Shown piece after piece: positions 49,332 through 61,669 of a stretch of 64,000 nt of DNA (the first letter of the stretch is position 1; the number at the start of each line of letters is the position of its first letter). Both the position numbers and the translations under genes were made by a program. This stretch comes from Takakia lepidozioides (lineage: Eukaryota > Plantae > Bryophyta). The notes under the pieces are model-generated. The model was not told where the DNA came from. It saw nothing but the letters and a program-made list of their open reading frames with translations, and did no database searches. The stretch lies in assembly GCA_030704615.1 (NCBI GenBank), contig CM060734.1:10292001-10356000 (forward strand), written 5' to 3'.

Positions 49332-49405
49332 GCGTTTGCATAAAATAAAAATAAAAAATCTCATTGGCGCATTCATCCTAGATGTTTTGAGAGCAAGTTT
49401 GTGTA

Positions 49406-50386
49406 TCATACCTCAGGTGTTGCCGTACCCTTGCCCTTTACCCCTTTAACCTCCGCCACAAGTTTGGGCATAACCTGCACAGCAGGGATTTCCTTGGGCA
49501 GACTCTGCATCTTTGGTACTATAGGTTCTCTGACCATGCTAGAGTTTTCATAGAGAAGGTCGCCCTTCTCAATTTCTGCCACTACTTGCTCTGTAGTGGG
49601 AATGTCCAACCCCTCTCTCTCCACAGTAAGAGGCTCCGGTGTAACAACATGTCCAATCTGAGTTACCCCTGGGGCAACCGGGTCAGCTTGCTGTGGTGGC
49701 TGTGGTACTGAGGTGACTTCTTCATCCCTCTCTGATGGCCGTGCTTCCAGTAATAACAGCCCATTGTGCTGCTGCTCCTCATCCTGCACAGGAGCTATGG
49801 AAACATCATCTTGAGGATTCCTTGTGGCCAGTGGATCTGCCACTACAGTTGCGTCCCTCTTCTGTCTCTTGGACTGGTGCTGCCCCTCCAATCCCTCTTC
49901 ACCTTGTGAAAAGCCTTGCTCCTCAACTGCAGTTGTGGCTGCCTCAAACACCCCCATTACTTTGCGTTCTCGCGCATCAAGCAAGCAAGAATCAAAGATA
50001 ATCTGTGCAATAATTGGGCCAGACACAATGATTGGGGACTTGGCAGTAGTATTCTGTAACCGTTTCATCTCCTCCACTAGAACATTGTACATCATCTCCG
50101 CCCAAGCTACATCCTCTCATCTCAAAGCTTTCAGAACCTCCTCCGTGAAAGATCTGCTAAGATACTGTTGGTTCTGTTTCATGGCAAACAGAATGTTTAG
50201 TATCTGGCCAATCTCCCTCAACCCTGGATACTCGGCTTTGGTGCAAGTGAATCCCCGGTTCCTGAATAAACTCGTTTCTTGGAAAAGATCCCCTATTTGC
50301 AATCTTGCCATGTGCTCATCCACGCTCACATTACCAAATGGTAATTCAAAAAGTTGTTGCAAGTACTGTGGAGTAACCTGTATATC
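49406..50386 (-). pseudogene. Fragment of a retrotransposon accessory ORF (plant transposon protein-like)
   Basis: One frame with a single stop: VTPQYLQQLFELP..VLKALR*EDVAWAEMMYNVLVEEMKR..SGPIIAQI, then a low-complexity tail; resembles 3' extra ORFs of non-chromoviral Ty3 elements. Confidence 0.5.
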
Positions 50387-51799
50387 TGGCATAGGACTCA
50401 CCATGAGGCTAAGGCCTTGTGGTGGGAGTCGTGGGGAGTCTTGGCCCCCACTACGACTCCCTAAGCTACCACCACCCTTCGTGGAGTCCCCCCAGCGCAA
50501 CCCGATTTGCGGGGCTCTACCTAGTAAGCGCCTCCGCCTCCTTGAGTGCCTTCGGCACTCGAGGGTGCTTCAACCCCCATCCCTATTTGCTGCCGCTGCC
50601 CCGATCAGTCTCTCTTGTGTCTCGACCCCCCGCCCTCAAGGCAAAGGGCCACGACACACACCTCTACCAACGAGGAGTCGATGTCCATTTTTGTGGAAAC
50701 TAACATCCAAGTTGTGGCGTCCCACATCAAGGGGTTTGTTTCCATGCCATGGCATCCCATGGCAAAGAACCAAACCCCCACTTGACTCTTACTCCCCACT
50801 AGCTAGTTCGGCCGACTTCCTCCAAGTCACGGCCAAGGGTGGAGCTTCTCAAACTCCACCTAGTGCATTCTTCTTGGCCCACTTCATGGCCAAAGAACGA
50901 TCTTCCCCGAGGATCGAATCGCCTTACTGCAACAACATTGCTTGTGACCGCTCATGATGCCCGACTTGGTATCACCTTGAGCAAGGGTTCGCCTTGAACC
51001 CCCATTGACTAGGAAGATAATCTTGAACGGACCGTGCGCCCCAATCACTACAATTGGGCCCGCTTTGAGATGCTGGCCTGAGGTACGGGAACACGCCGAA
51101 GCCGCACTAAGGCTTTACACGATTACAGTACGTGAACGGAAGCATGTAGCTTCCGCGTCAACCCGCACTACAAGGCAACCCCCTCGGTAGCGGGGTTATA
51201 ATATGCGCGCGTGCCAGATGCGCACTTGCATGTGAACTCCCAAAGAAGGTGCAAGTTTCTTTGGCCCTTAGATGGGAGTTTCGGCACTACGCAAACACAC
51301 GACTTGTCCAATTTACCTCTCCCTACTTTTGTAAGCTAGCCTGCATTCTACATACTAGCCACCCACGCCATGCATCACCATTCCAGACAAAATATGAAAC
51401 AACACATTTGGAAACCGTTTCTTTATAAACAAGATTTGTACAACACAAGTATTTTGCAATCGGATTCCTGAGCTAGCTAAGCCGGACTAAGCATGCATTT
51501 CCTCCCCCACGATTCAAGGTTGATGTCCCCATCAACATCTCTTCCGCGTTTGAGGTCGCCCATCGAAAGCTGCAACCGCCTCAGATGCGTTTCCCATTTC
51601 TGAGGCACGCACCCAAGTTGCCTCCACTTGATGATAGCCCTTCCATTTCACGAGATATTCTGTTTCTTGATTCTTGAACCTCCTCAACTTAAGCACTGTC
51701 TCCACCTTGTACTCAGGTTCATTTTCATGATCTAACAGCACAGGTGGCGGACGCGCCACTTGATGCCGATTCGGATGCGCTTCATCTTTGAGGTAAGGC
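50387..51799 (-). mobile_element. Chromovirus copy F: 3' fragment (chromodomain, 3' UTR, partial LTR)
   Basis: Chromodomain ORF 51532-51759; UTR 50657-51531; LTR part 50387-50656; the most diverged copy. Confidence 0.95.
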
Positions 51800-51930
51800 A
51801 GTTTGTTATGTGATTGTGTAACTCACATGCAATCTCTCTTCTATTTTGCAAACATTAGTGCAATGCTACTGCGTTTCTATGAGTGGGAGTTAAGATTTAG
51901 TCACATTGTGCCTTGTATTTAAGTAAAAAG

Positions 51931-52098
51931 TATGACGCCTCCTGAAGGGAGCGTAACTTATGGTGTTTCTTCACCACAAGGGCTACTGCCTTCCAGCTGA
52001 AAGGTGGACACCTTCATGACACACCAGACCATGGTTTGAACCCACAACCACATCCAACGTGGTATGTGCCCATTACCACTGAGCTACATGCTGGTTGT
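51931..52098 (-). mobile_element. tRNA-derived SINE
   Basis: 19-bp TSD CTTGTATTTAAGTAAAAAG (51912-51930 and 52099-52117); minus-strand A box TAGCTCAGTGG (52086-52076) and B box GGTTCAAACC (52042-52033). Confidence 0.9.
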
Positions 52099-53433
52099 CT
52101 TGTATTTAAGTAAAAAGATAAGCTCATGCGGCCACACTACAGATGGGGGTTAGCCCAAAGGGGAGGCTATGATGTAAAAGCTTCTGCTGTTGTTGCCAAA
52201 GGCCGGTAGTCGTAACTATTATGTCAAGGATATGTCATGAAAGATTGCTTTCTTCTCAAGTTCAATAGATACTTTTTTTACAGGTATTGCATCTATTGAG
52301 GATGTCGAGAACTTGATGGGGCGGTGGGACAGAGCGCTGCAAGCCTGCAATGGGCCAGAAACACATTGGGAAAGCCCAACTACAGAATGCAAGAAATGAT
52401 GTTACTACATGTGCGCCGGATGCTACTTCGTGCGAGGCCATCGCTCCTAGAAGTGGGCTTCCTCCATGGTTTTCTTACTATTGTGGAGACTCTCACAGGG
52501 AAGTTCCAACCGGAGGAAAATGCAGCTGATCAGTAGGACCCTTAGCATCCTGCAGTTCTACTGCTGGGCTGACACATAGGCCAAGCTCAGACTGTGAGCT
52601 CTAGATCTGTTCCCAGTCCAGCCGTTATGCAAAGTGTCCATTGCAAGTCTTTGATCCACTTCCCCTTTTTCTCTGTGACATTATCTCCTCTTGTATGGAG
52701 CGTACACCACCAGAGTCGATATCACTATGTTTGCCACAAGTTTCCACCACTTATGGACTAGGTAACCGGCGAGAGGGCACGGATTACCGCATGTAGCTGA
52801 GGCGCGGTAACGTCGAAGCTGCATGGGATAACCCGTGGCCTTGAGCCGGTTACCGGACATAACCGGGTTTTCGAAACATCGAGAGTGACAGTCATCCATG
52901 CGCAACCAGCTTATCTTTTGAGGGTCGCATGTTACCACCTATAACCAGCGTCCAGTGAGCCAGTCATTAGTAGACACGTACTCGAGATGCTTTGAAAAAC
53001 CGGTTATGTATATTGCATCTCACAGCAGCAATAAAAATTCCATATTGGCCACCTTGAACACCGACCCATTTCAAATTAGACCAGTAAATTGCAATTTCTG
53101 TTTTTAGTCCGGCAAACCTGATAGGAAAACACTTCAAAGTTCCATGTACAGTAATAGTCTTCAACCAAAAAAAAATAGTTGTCGTTTCTTTTCCTCAAAA
53201 GTTCAACCTATAATTATCTGCCACAAAGCACGTCTATGAAACCGTATCAATTACCTGCATGAAGGTATTTTGTGCAGTCTGTGCTTTCCCGAAACCTAAT
53301 CCGCTCCCCAGTAGCCACCTCGGAGGTTTGAAGGTTATGAGGGGTTGTTGCAGGCTGCACGAGAGCGACATCTCCCCAACATGTGAGGGAGATATGATGC
53401 TGCAACAGGGAAAAGAGTGAAGAAGAGGGAGCG

Positions 53434-56400
53434 ATGGATGGGTTGAAGAAGTTGGAGTACCTGTCCTTGGTGTCCAAAGTGTGCACAGAGTTAGACGCAC
53501 ATATAGGATGCTCGGACAAAACCCTTGCTGAGTACATCATAGATCTGGCCCAGAGGAGTGATTCTGTGGATTCCTTTGGAACGTCGTTAAAGAAAAATGG
53601 AGCTGAGATGCCAGAGTACTTTGTCAAGACTTTGCTCACGATTATCCATGCAATTCTACCGCCAAAGAGTAAGGCGGAGAGAGAGAAGCTGAAGGGTTTG
53701 GGGGGCGAGAAGGAGGAAAAGAAATCCGCGTTTCCGGGGCTTTCGGTGCCTGATGACAAGCACAGAGTGAAGGAGTTAGAGCATGAGCTGCAAAGGGATG
53801 GCGATGTGGGTGGGACTTGGCTTTCTGGGAGGGATGGCCGCCGGGATCCAGATCGAGAGACCGGACGAGAGAAGTCCACCAAAGACAGAGACGGTGAAAG
53901 AGAAAGTGATCGAAGACGGGATTCTAAGAAGGAGGATGGTATTCGGGACCGAGATGTGCGCAGGGAACGGGAGAAAGATAAAGATCGTGATAGAGACAGA
54001 GATATAGATGAGATTAGGGTTAGGGATAGAGAGTCAGGAAGGGAGAGTGATCGCAAGCGGGACGGAAGAAGTCACAGAAGTGATGAGCGTGATGGTGGAC
54101 GGCATAGAGATGGTAAGGCTAGGGGCTATGACAGAGATAGTGAGAAAGGTAATGGCAGAGTAAGGGATAGAGAGGAAGGGGGCGGCAGACCATCCAGAGA
54201 TGGTGAAAAGTGGAGAGAGAAGGATCGGTATGATCGTGATTTTGGGGGCAGAGACAGGCACGAAGATAATGAAGACAGGCAAAGAGATGTCTCCCCCAAG
54301 ACAGTTGGGCATCCCAGAGGTGGCCCGTTGGCTGAGCCTGAACTGTTTGGGATATATAGAGGTCGTGTTTCTCGCATCATGGACTTTGGTTGCTTTGTGC
54401 AACTGATTGGCGTGAAAGATCGGAAAGAGGGTCTCGTCCATGTGTCCCAGATTGCTTCCAGGAGGGTCGTGAATGCGAAAGAAGCGGTGGAGAGAGATCA
54501 GGAGTGTTGGGTGAAGGTCATTTCTCTCGCTGGCCAGAAAATGAGTCTGTCAATGCGCGATGTTGATCAAAAGACCGGGCGAGATCTTCTACCTATGAAG
54601 AGGAACGCCACAGAGGAGGAGAATCTCCATGCAAACCCTTCCAGCTCCAGCCTGGCTCGCATGACGAGGAAGGGACTGTCGGGCATTACCATAGTAGAAG
54701 AAGATGAGAACACATCGACCAGAAGACCCATGAAGAGGATGAGTTCTCCTGAGCGATGGGAGGCCAAACAGCTGATTGCATCAGGGGTCTTAGATGTGCG
54801 TGACTATCCCATGTATGATGAAGATGGTGGGGGCATGCTGTATCAGGAGGAGGGTGCTGAGGAAGAGCTTGAGATTGAGCTGAACGAGGATGAACCTGCA
54901 TTTCTCAGGGGCCAGACACGTTACTCTATTGATGTTTCTCCTGTAAAGATTGTGAAGAATCCGGATGGGTCCTTACAGAGAGCAGCAATGACACAATCAG
55001 CTCTTGCAAAAGAGAGGAGAGAATTGCGGGAACAGCAGCAGAGGACCATGCTGGATTCAATTCCCAAGGATTTGAACAGGCCATGGGAGGATCCCATGCC
55101 TGAGACTGGAGAGAGGCACCTTGCTCAGGAGCTTCGGGGAGTGGGCCTGTCAGCCTACGACATGCCAGAGTGGAAAAAGGATGCTTTTGGCAAAGCCCCG
55201 ACATTTGGACAGCGTTCGAAGCTCTCGATCCAGGAGCAGCGGCAGAGCTTGCCTATCTATAAACTGAAGAATGAACTCATCAAGGCTGTGAATGACAACC
55301 AAGTGTTGGTCGTGATTGGAGAGACGGGTTCGGGAAAGACCACTCAAATGACTCAGTATTTGGCAGAGGCCGGATACACGACGCGGGGAAAGATAGGATG
55401 TACACAGCCTCGGCGAGTGGCAGCTATGTCGGTCGCCAAGAGAGTTGCTGAAGAGTTTGGTTGTCGACTTGGGGAGGAGGTGGGGTACGCCATCCGGTTT
55501 GAGGATTGCACAGGGCCAGAGACTGTCATCAAGTACATGACAGATGGCATGTTGTTGCGAGAGATTTTAATTGATGAACAGCTTGTTTCTTATTCAGTGA
55601 TTATGCTTGATGAGGCCCATGAGCGTACCATCCATACTGATGTTTTGTTTGGTCTCCTGAAAGGACTGGTAAAGCGCCGGCCTGACTTGAGGCTGATTGT
55701 CACTTCAGCAACTCTCGATGCTGAAAAATTTTCAGGGTATTTTTTCGATTGCCCTATTTTTACGATACCTGGACGAACTTATCCCGTCGAGATTTTGTAC
55801 ACAAAGCAGCCTGAGACAGACTATCTGGATGCTGCTCTTATTACAGTGATGCAGATCCATTTGACGGAGCCCGAAGGGGATGTTCTCCTTTTCTTGACAG
55901 GGCAAGAGGAGATAGATACTGCTTGCCAGATTTTGTACGAGAGAATGAAGGGTTTGGGTCCTAATGTGCCTGAACTCATCATCCTGCCAGTCTACAGTGC
56001 TCTTCCAAGTGAAATGCAGACTCGGATTTTTGAACCTCCCCCTCTTGGAACAAGAAAGGTGGTGGTCGCCACCAATATTGCAGAGGCTTCTCTTACTATT
56101 GATGGGATTTACTACGTGGTCGATCCAGGGTTCGCAAAGCAGAATGTGTATAACCCAAAGCTGGGTCTAGACTCCTTGGTCATTACTCCCATTTCACAAG
56201 CTTCAGCACGACAAAGGGCGGGACGGGCAGGTCGAACAGGGCCTGGCAAATGCTACCGTCTTTATACAGAGAGTGCATACCGAAATGAAATGCTGCCTAC
56301 AACAGTGCCAGAAATTCAAAGAATTAACTTGGGTTTGACCACGTTGACGATGAAAGCTATGGGGATCAATGACCTTCTCTCATTTGATTTCATGGACCCT

Positions 56401-57213
56401 CCTCCACCACAGGCACTCATCTCAGCAATGGAACAGCTTTATAGTCTTGGAGCACTCGATGAGGAAGGGCTTCTCACAAAATTGGGAAGAAAGATGGCAG
56501 AATTTCCGTTGGAGCCCCCCCTCTCCAAGATGTTGCTGGCCAGTGTGGACTTGGGTTGCAGTGATGAGATTCTGACTATTATCTCTATGTTGCAAGCCCA
56601 GAACATCTTCTATCGCCCCCGTGAGAAACAAGCTCAGGCTGACCAGAAGAGAGCTAAGTTTTTCCAGCCGGAAGGGGACCATTTGACGCTGTTGGCGGTG
56701 TATGAGGCTTGGAAAGCCAAAAACTTCTCAGGACCATGGTGTTTTGAGAATTTTGTGCAGTCACGGTCGTTGAGGAGGGCTCAGGATGTGCGCAAGCAGC
56801 TGCTCACCATCATGGACAGGTATAAGCTGGATGTTGTGGGTGCAGGCAAGAACTTTACTCGTATAAGGAAGGCCATAGCTGCAGGCTTCTTTTTCCATGC
56901 AGCCCGTAAGGATCCACAAGAAGGCTATCGCACGCTGGTGGAGAATCAACCAGTCTATATTCACCCCAGCAGCGCTCTGTTCCAGCGGCAGCCCGACTGG
57001 GTCATCTACCATGAGTTGGTTATGACCACTAAGGAGTATATGCGTGAGGTCACTTTAATGGACCCCAAGTGGTTGGTTGAGTTGGCACCTCGGTTCTTCA
57101 AGGTGGCGGACCCCACAAAATTGAGTAAGAGGAAACGACAGGAGCGCATTGAACCTTTGTATGATCGATACCATGAGCCCAACTCTTGGCGTCTTAGCAA
57201 ACGGCGTGGTTAA
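53434..57213 (+). CDS. PRP22: Pre-mRNA-splicing DEAH-box RNA helicase Prp22/DHX8, intronless CDS
   Basis: 1259-aa ORF: PWI-like N-terminus, RD/RS-rich region, S1 domain, [24 protein letters not shown], and the conserved C-terminus [20 protein letters not shown]. Confidence 0.98.
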   Translation: MDGLKKLEYLSLVSKVCTELDAHIGCSDKTLAEYIIDLAQRSDSVDSFGTSLKKNGAEMPEYFVKTLLTIIHAILPPKSKAEREKLKGLGGEKEEKKSAFPGLSVPDDKHRVKELEHELQRDGDVGGTWLSGRDGRRDPDRETGREKSTKDRDGERESDRRRDSKKEDGIRDRDVRREREKDKDRDRDRDIDEIRVRDRESGRESDRKRDGRSHRSDERDGGRHRDGKARGYDRDSEKGNGRVRDREEGGGRPSRDGEKWREKDRYDRDFGGRDRHEDNEDRQRDVSPKTVGHPRGGPLAEPELFGIYRGRVSRIMDFGCFVQLIGVKDRKEGLVHVSQIASRRVVNAKEAVERDQECWVKVISLAGQKMSLSMRDVDQKTGRDLLPMKRNATEEENLHANPSSSSLARMTRKGLSGITIVEEDENTSTRRPMKRMSSPERWEAKQLIASGVLDVRDYPMYDEDGGGMLYQEEGAEEELEIELNEDEPAFLRGQTRYSIDVSPVKIVKNPDGSLQRAAMTQSALAKERRELREQQQRTMLDSIPKDLNRPWEDPMPETGERHLAQELRGVGLSAYDMPEWKKDAFGKAPTFGQRSKLSIQEQRQSLPIYKLKNELIKAVNDNQVLVVIGETGSGKTTQMTQYLAEAGYTTRGKIGCTQPRRVAAMSVAKRVAEEFGCRLGEEVGYAIRFEDCTGPETVIKYMTDGMLLREILIDEQLVSYSVIMLDEAHERTIHTDVLFGLLKGLVKRRPDLRLIVTSATLDAEKFSGYFFDCPIFTIPGRTYPVEILYTKQPETDYLDAALITVMQIHLTEPEGDVLLFLTGQEEIDTACQILYERMKGLGPNVPELIILPVYSALPSEMQTRIFEPPPLGTRKVVVATNIAEASLTIDGIYYVVDPGFAKQNVYNPKLGLDSLVITPISQASARQRAGRAGRTGPGKCYRLYTESAYRNEMLPTTVPEIQRINLGLTTLTMKAMGINDLLSFDFMDPPPPQALISAMEQLYSLGALDEEGLLTKLGRKMAEFPLEPPLSKMLLASVDLGCSDEILTIISMLQAQNIFYRPREKQAQADQKRAKFFQPEGDHLTLLAVYEAWKAKNFSGPWCFENFVQSRSLRRAQDVRKQLLTIMDRYKLDVVGAGKNFTRIRKAIAAGFFFHAARKDPQEGYRTLVENQPVYIHPSSALFQRQPDWVIYHELVMTTKEYMREVTLMDPKWLVELAPRFFKVADPTKLSKRKRQERIEPLYDRYHEPNSWRLSKRRG

Positions 57214-58604
57214 CATCTTTTTGTGCTGGTTCATGGGAGACCCTATCAAGCTGTCAAGGGTGCCTGACTCTGCAAGGCGAAGAACCTCATTCCAGACTTC
57301 CCCATCATCCATTTTCCCTTCTCTCCCGGGCCGCGGCCCCGCTGCTCGCTTAGCTTCTCCTCCCGAGCCCTCTGATGCCTCCTAGTGGTGTAAAGCTGCG
57401 GAATACAAGCAGATATATGTGAGGCAGAGGCAAAATGGAGCAGTTTTTTCACGTCCACATGTAGTGTGCATGAGTTTGCAGGCAATCTGCACATTGTAAT
57501 CTATTTGACCAGTCTTTTTCTCTTTCTGGATCCTTTAGTGAAATTGTTGGGGTTAGAGCATAACATTGAGAAACTCCTGGGGAGTATCAGTCCTTATGTA
57601 TAAGAACTAAGCCAGTAGAACTCTCTGCAACTCAGTAGGAGGAAATGTTGAGGTCAGGGATCTGTAGATGATCTATTTCCTTCGGTCTATTATGGCTTTC
57701 CCAAATGAGGCCCCAGCCAGTCCGACTTATGGATCCACACAAAATGTTGTTACAGAGATTTTACGGAGGTGCTTGTGAAATGGACTGCTATTGTCTGATT
57801 GGCAAAGGCTGAATCTTGTTTAGGCAAATGAAATACTTGGCAAGGCAGGTTACTGATGCATCACATTTGCTGGGTATTCTTCTGATCAGATGATATGCTT
57901 AGCACAGATTGGGCCATTATGCTTTCAGGACATTAGGTCCTGCATTAGGTTGACCTTTGGTCTCATAGAGTAATTTGTTTCTAATGCAAATGTGAATGAG
58001 ATTGAATTTAATCAGTCGTTCTCAAAGTGACCAGTTGCAAGGTGAGCCTGGCCTTCAGACTAGCCCAAGGGAATACTTGAGTTTCTTCATATTGTCACGC
58101 GGCGAGGACTACGCTTACCCAATGAGTTTAAGGCAAGCATATGAGGTGGTGGGGCCGTGCTGGCCGGAGCTCCTCACACTACCAGTCAAATCTCATTCCC
58201 CAGTGGGGAGGTGGGGAGTGCTCCACACCTCCTGTTCTCTCCTCATGCTCCCCACCTTTAAGAACATGTTCCCAAATATTCTCCAATTTTGCTCCCCTGT
58301 GTTCCCACTCCTTGCTCCCCATTGGGACAGGGGAGCGAGGAGGGGAATGGGGACTAGGAGGAGGGGAGCGGGGACTAGGAACAGAGGAGCAAGCTGCATT
58401 CCATAGGGCTAGGCGAGGAGGGGAGCGGGCCTGGGAACAAGGAGGGGATAGAGGAGCGGACATTGGGAATAGGGGAGCGGAGCGAGATCTTGGACTTAGA
58501 ATTATTTTGGGGATGAAAAAGTACAATAATGTGCAACCAATCATTGTGTGTAGACAACAACGATCTGAACCTGAGACCTCACCATTGTACCACACAGCAC
58601 CTAA

Positions 58605-59026
58605 GAGCACCCCCAATGCATGCCATTTCCAACGCCATTTTGGCATGGCGTTTCCGGATTCGTGACCCACCGTACCCCGCCAACACTATATTTGGTGCGG
58701 AGGGACCTACGCCAAGGTCCCTCCGCCAAGGGGAGGGGGTGCGCCATATTTTCCATCTTTGGCGTACCTCGCCAAACCTCCACCAAGCATGCATGTGCAC
58801 TAGGGAGCAAATATGGTGCGTGCACTCGTGCAGAGTTATGAAGAACGCGTGCTCCTGCTTTTGGGGATAGGAATAGGAGGTGTGGCGTAGCCTGGAGCTA
58901 CCATGTGGCTCCCGCAGATTGGCCAGCCCACTGGATTTAGCGTGACTCCGATGGATGTCCTTCCGCCAAACTCCACGCCATGATCAGCTTGGCGGGGCCA
59001 ATGGCAGGACACCGTTGGAGATGCTC
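58605..59026. mobile_element. PIF/Harbinger (Tourist-like) MITE
   Basis: Imperfect TIRs GAGCACCCCCAA / TTGGAGATGCTC, flanked on both sides by TAA (58602-58604 and 59027-59029). Confidence 0.8.
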
Positions 59027-60102
59027 TAATCACCACACTACCACCGGTTTCTTACCACACCTTCGAGTTTTTAGTGCTTTATCCTAAAATACAGGCTCGC
59101 AGGTGAAAAGGTGGGGATTTGATAGCGCGCCCTGCCGGAACTTCACTGGTACGGCCATCCCTGGCGACCGTACCGGCAGGGCTCCCACGCTTGCATTCAA
59201 CTCGTTGGGTAAGGGTAATCTTCTCCAGTGTTGGTCTGGTATATGGGTTTCACCGGGTATCAACCCGGGTATCTCCTAACCTAACCTACTGTTCTCTGTT
59301 CCCGTAAACATTCGCAGTACCTTACCAGAAGGTTCTCGAATTCCCTGGCGGCCCCTCGAATTCCCTGGCGGCCCCCCAAACCCTAACAGGCGGCGGTTAG
59401 GGTGCTCATTTCCCCGCCCCCTACCAAAGCTCGACTCGTCACTGCAAATCTGTTCGGGTATCATGTTGATATGCACATATAGACTATAGACATTATGGAT
59501 GCATGTTTCATGTATAATTGTATTAGGGTTGGTATCCTATGAGATGAGCATGTTTCCTTGTGCTCACGGCACCCAACCTCTATGATGTAGGAGGGCTATG
59601 CAAATGGCCATTTCAATATTGAATTTGAACTGTAAATAAATAAATAAATTGAATACTGGTACCATTTTTATTTTGTTATTAAAAAAAAACCATGTCCAAG
59701 TTCATATTTCCAGGTTATTGACATTCAGATACCATTGCTCATATCCGGATTGATTTTGTTTTGAAAACCACCTATGCATACCAGATTCATACTTGAAATT
59801 CAGAGGCTGCATTATTGGAAAAACCTACCTGCCTTAAAAAGAAATAGCACTGCATACCAGGACCCTTCTGGTACTTCCAATTCAAGGTACCAGACCAACA
59901 CCTACTGTCACTGCCCCCTGTCAGTACATATGCTTGTTATGGCAGCAGGGTGCAGTGATAACACTTTAACACTGGGACAAGACTCTCATGGGTTGACTCA
60001 GTTTGGTTGCCATACAATGTGCGTCTCTCCTAATCGCCTGGATTTGGCATCTGTAACCCAGGGACGTTATTAACTTTATTCCCCTTTAAGCCACTGGATG
60101 TG

Positions 60103-60433
60103 GAGCGGTTTTGGCCTTACAATATGGCCAGAAGGTGCTACAGATCTGAGTGGACATGGCGGGCGTAGGGCTTCATTGAAGACAACCGGAAGACAACAAG
60201 ATTGCGAAGCTGAGCGGTTTTGGCCTTACATTATGGCCAGAAGGTGCTACAAACCTGAGTGGACATGGCGGGCGTAGGGCTTCATTGAAGACAACCGGAA
60301 GACAACAAGATTGCGAAGCTGAGCGGTTTTGGCCTTACATTATGGCCAGAAGGTGCTACAAACCTGAGTGGACATGGCGGGCGTAGGGCTTCATTGAAGA
60401 CAACCGGAAGACAACAAGATTGCGAAGCTGAGC
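60103..60433. repeat. 109-bp tandem repeat, 3 near-identical copies
   Basis: GAGCGGTTTTGGCCTTACA starts at 60103, 60212 and 60321. Confidence 0.97.
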
Positions 60434-61669
60434 TGCTTCTGCTTGCACCGCACCTTAATTTAAAACTTGGTCCATGGTGTATCTGTCGCTTTGAATACTT
60501 GCTGGGCTGGAAACTTGTAGTTCATGCTGATCTGCTCTCACATGGTAAACGTACATACCACATCTGCACACAACAGCACAGGGCCCAATTGCTGCATGGG
60601 AGCAATTGTCGTTATGTTTGAAAGAGTGACAAATCACTTGTGTTGTTTCATCTCTCAGAGCTGCCAAGGAAAGAGACTTCGCATTGTGTTCCATCTTCCT
60701 GTTCGAAGGTGCTTGAGAGGCATTGGGAATATGTGTGACAACATGAAAACCACGGAAATTGAATGAGTTGAAGGGAGGGATGGCCTGTGAGGCTTTGAGG
60801 AGTGGGAGCATTTGAAGGTGGCAGGAGCTCCAAGAGGGATCTGGAAGAAGAAGCATGGGTTGTGTATAGGGTAAGGCCCGAGGACGGGGGCCTTACCCGG
60901 CGTAAAGACACAGCCAAGGATCTCCTTTACCATCGACGGCTGGGATCATCTAAATCGGACGGCTCACAAGAGCAGGAACCTTACGCGACGTAAGGTGCCT
61001 TCCTTTTGAGGAGAGGAGGAACCTTACGCGGCGTAAGGTGCCATGAAAATTCCTCCGTGTAAGGCGCCATCCTCTCTAACTAAAAAATCCTGGCCGGGTC
61101 TTTACGTGCAGGTGTCACACCATCTGCACCAACACATATGAAGGGACGAACGAGGATGAACGAAAGGGGACCCAGACGGACGAAAAGTGAACGTGAGGAT
61201 GCGGATGAGGGAGAGGAGAGAAACATTGTTTCTTTGTTGACTCGTGCTCGCCCTCGTGCTCGACTTGGCTTCTTCCTCATCTGCGGTCGTTGCTCTCCAG
61301 TCAGCATCCTGGCCCTGTGTGAGAATAGTCTCTTTGACTTTGAGTCTGTTTTCCCGTGTCTTCCGTCTTCATTGTTTCTCTTACTTCTCCTGGCAGCACC
61401 CGGGAAGTACACTATTAGCTCCCGGTGAAGGTCTGTTCTTTTCTCTCTCGAATTTTGTGGGTCTTCTTTTTCGTAGGTTCATCACCTTGCATAAGTCTTT
61501 TACGGTTCCTCTATCTCTCCAGTATCACTTACGATCTGTCGAGCCCTCTTGACGTTCATGTTCTCCTGGGAAGCGGGTTTTGTTTGAATTCGGAGAGGAA
61601 GTAAGTTCTGGAAGAGATTTCTACACGTAAGAAACAGGCCTTGGAGGCCAGAGTGGGGCGCCCATAGCC

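Noticed and set aside
49824-50957. 377-aa plus-strand ORF
   Set aside because: Chimeric shadow frame spanning the antisense of an accessory ORF and LTR sequence.
52755-52960. GGTAAC/GTTACC-rich patch, and a similar GGATG/CATCC patch at 14870-15085
   Set aside because: Probably MITE or hAT remnants, but no TIR pair or TSD could be defined.
53247-54056. 269-aa Ser/Leu-rich minus-strand ORF
   Set aside because: Antisense shadow of the RD-rich region of PRP22.
60103-60433. CRISPR-like array
   Set aside because: Whole 109-bp units repeat with no unique spacers, in a eukaryotic context; it is a plain tandem duplication.
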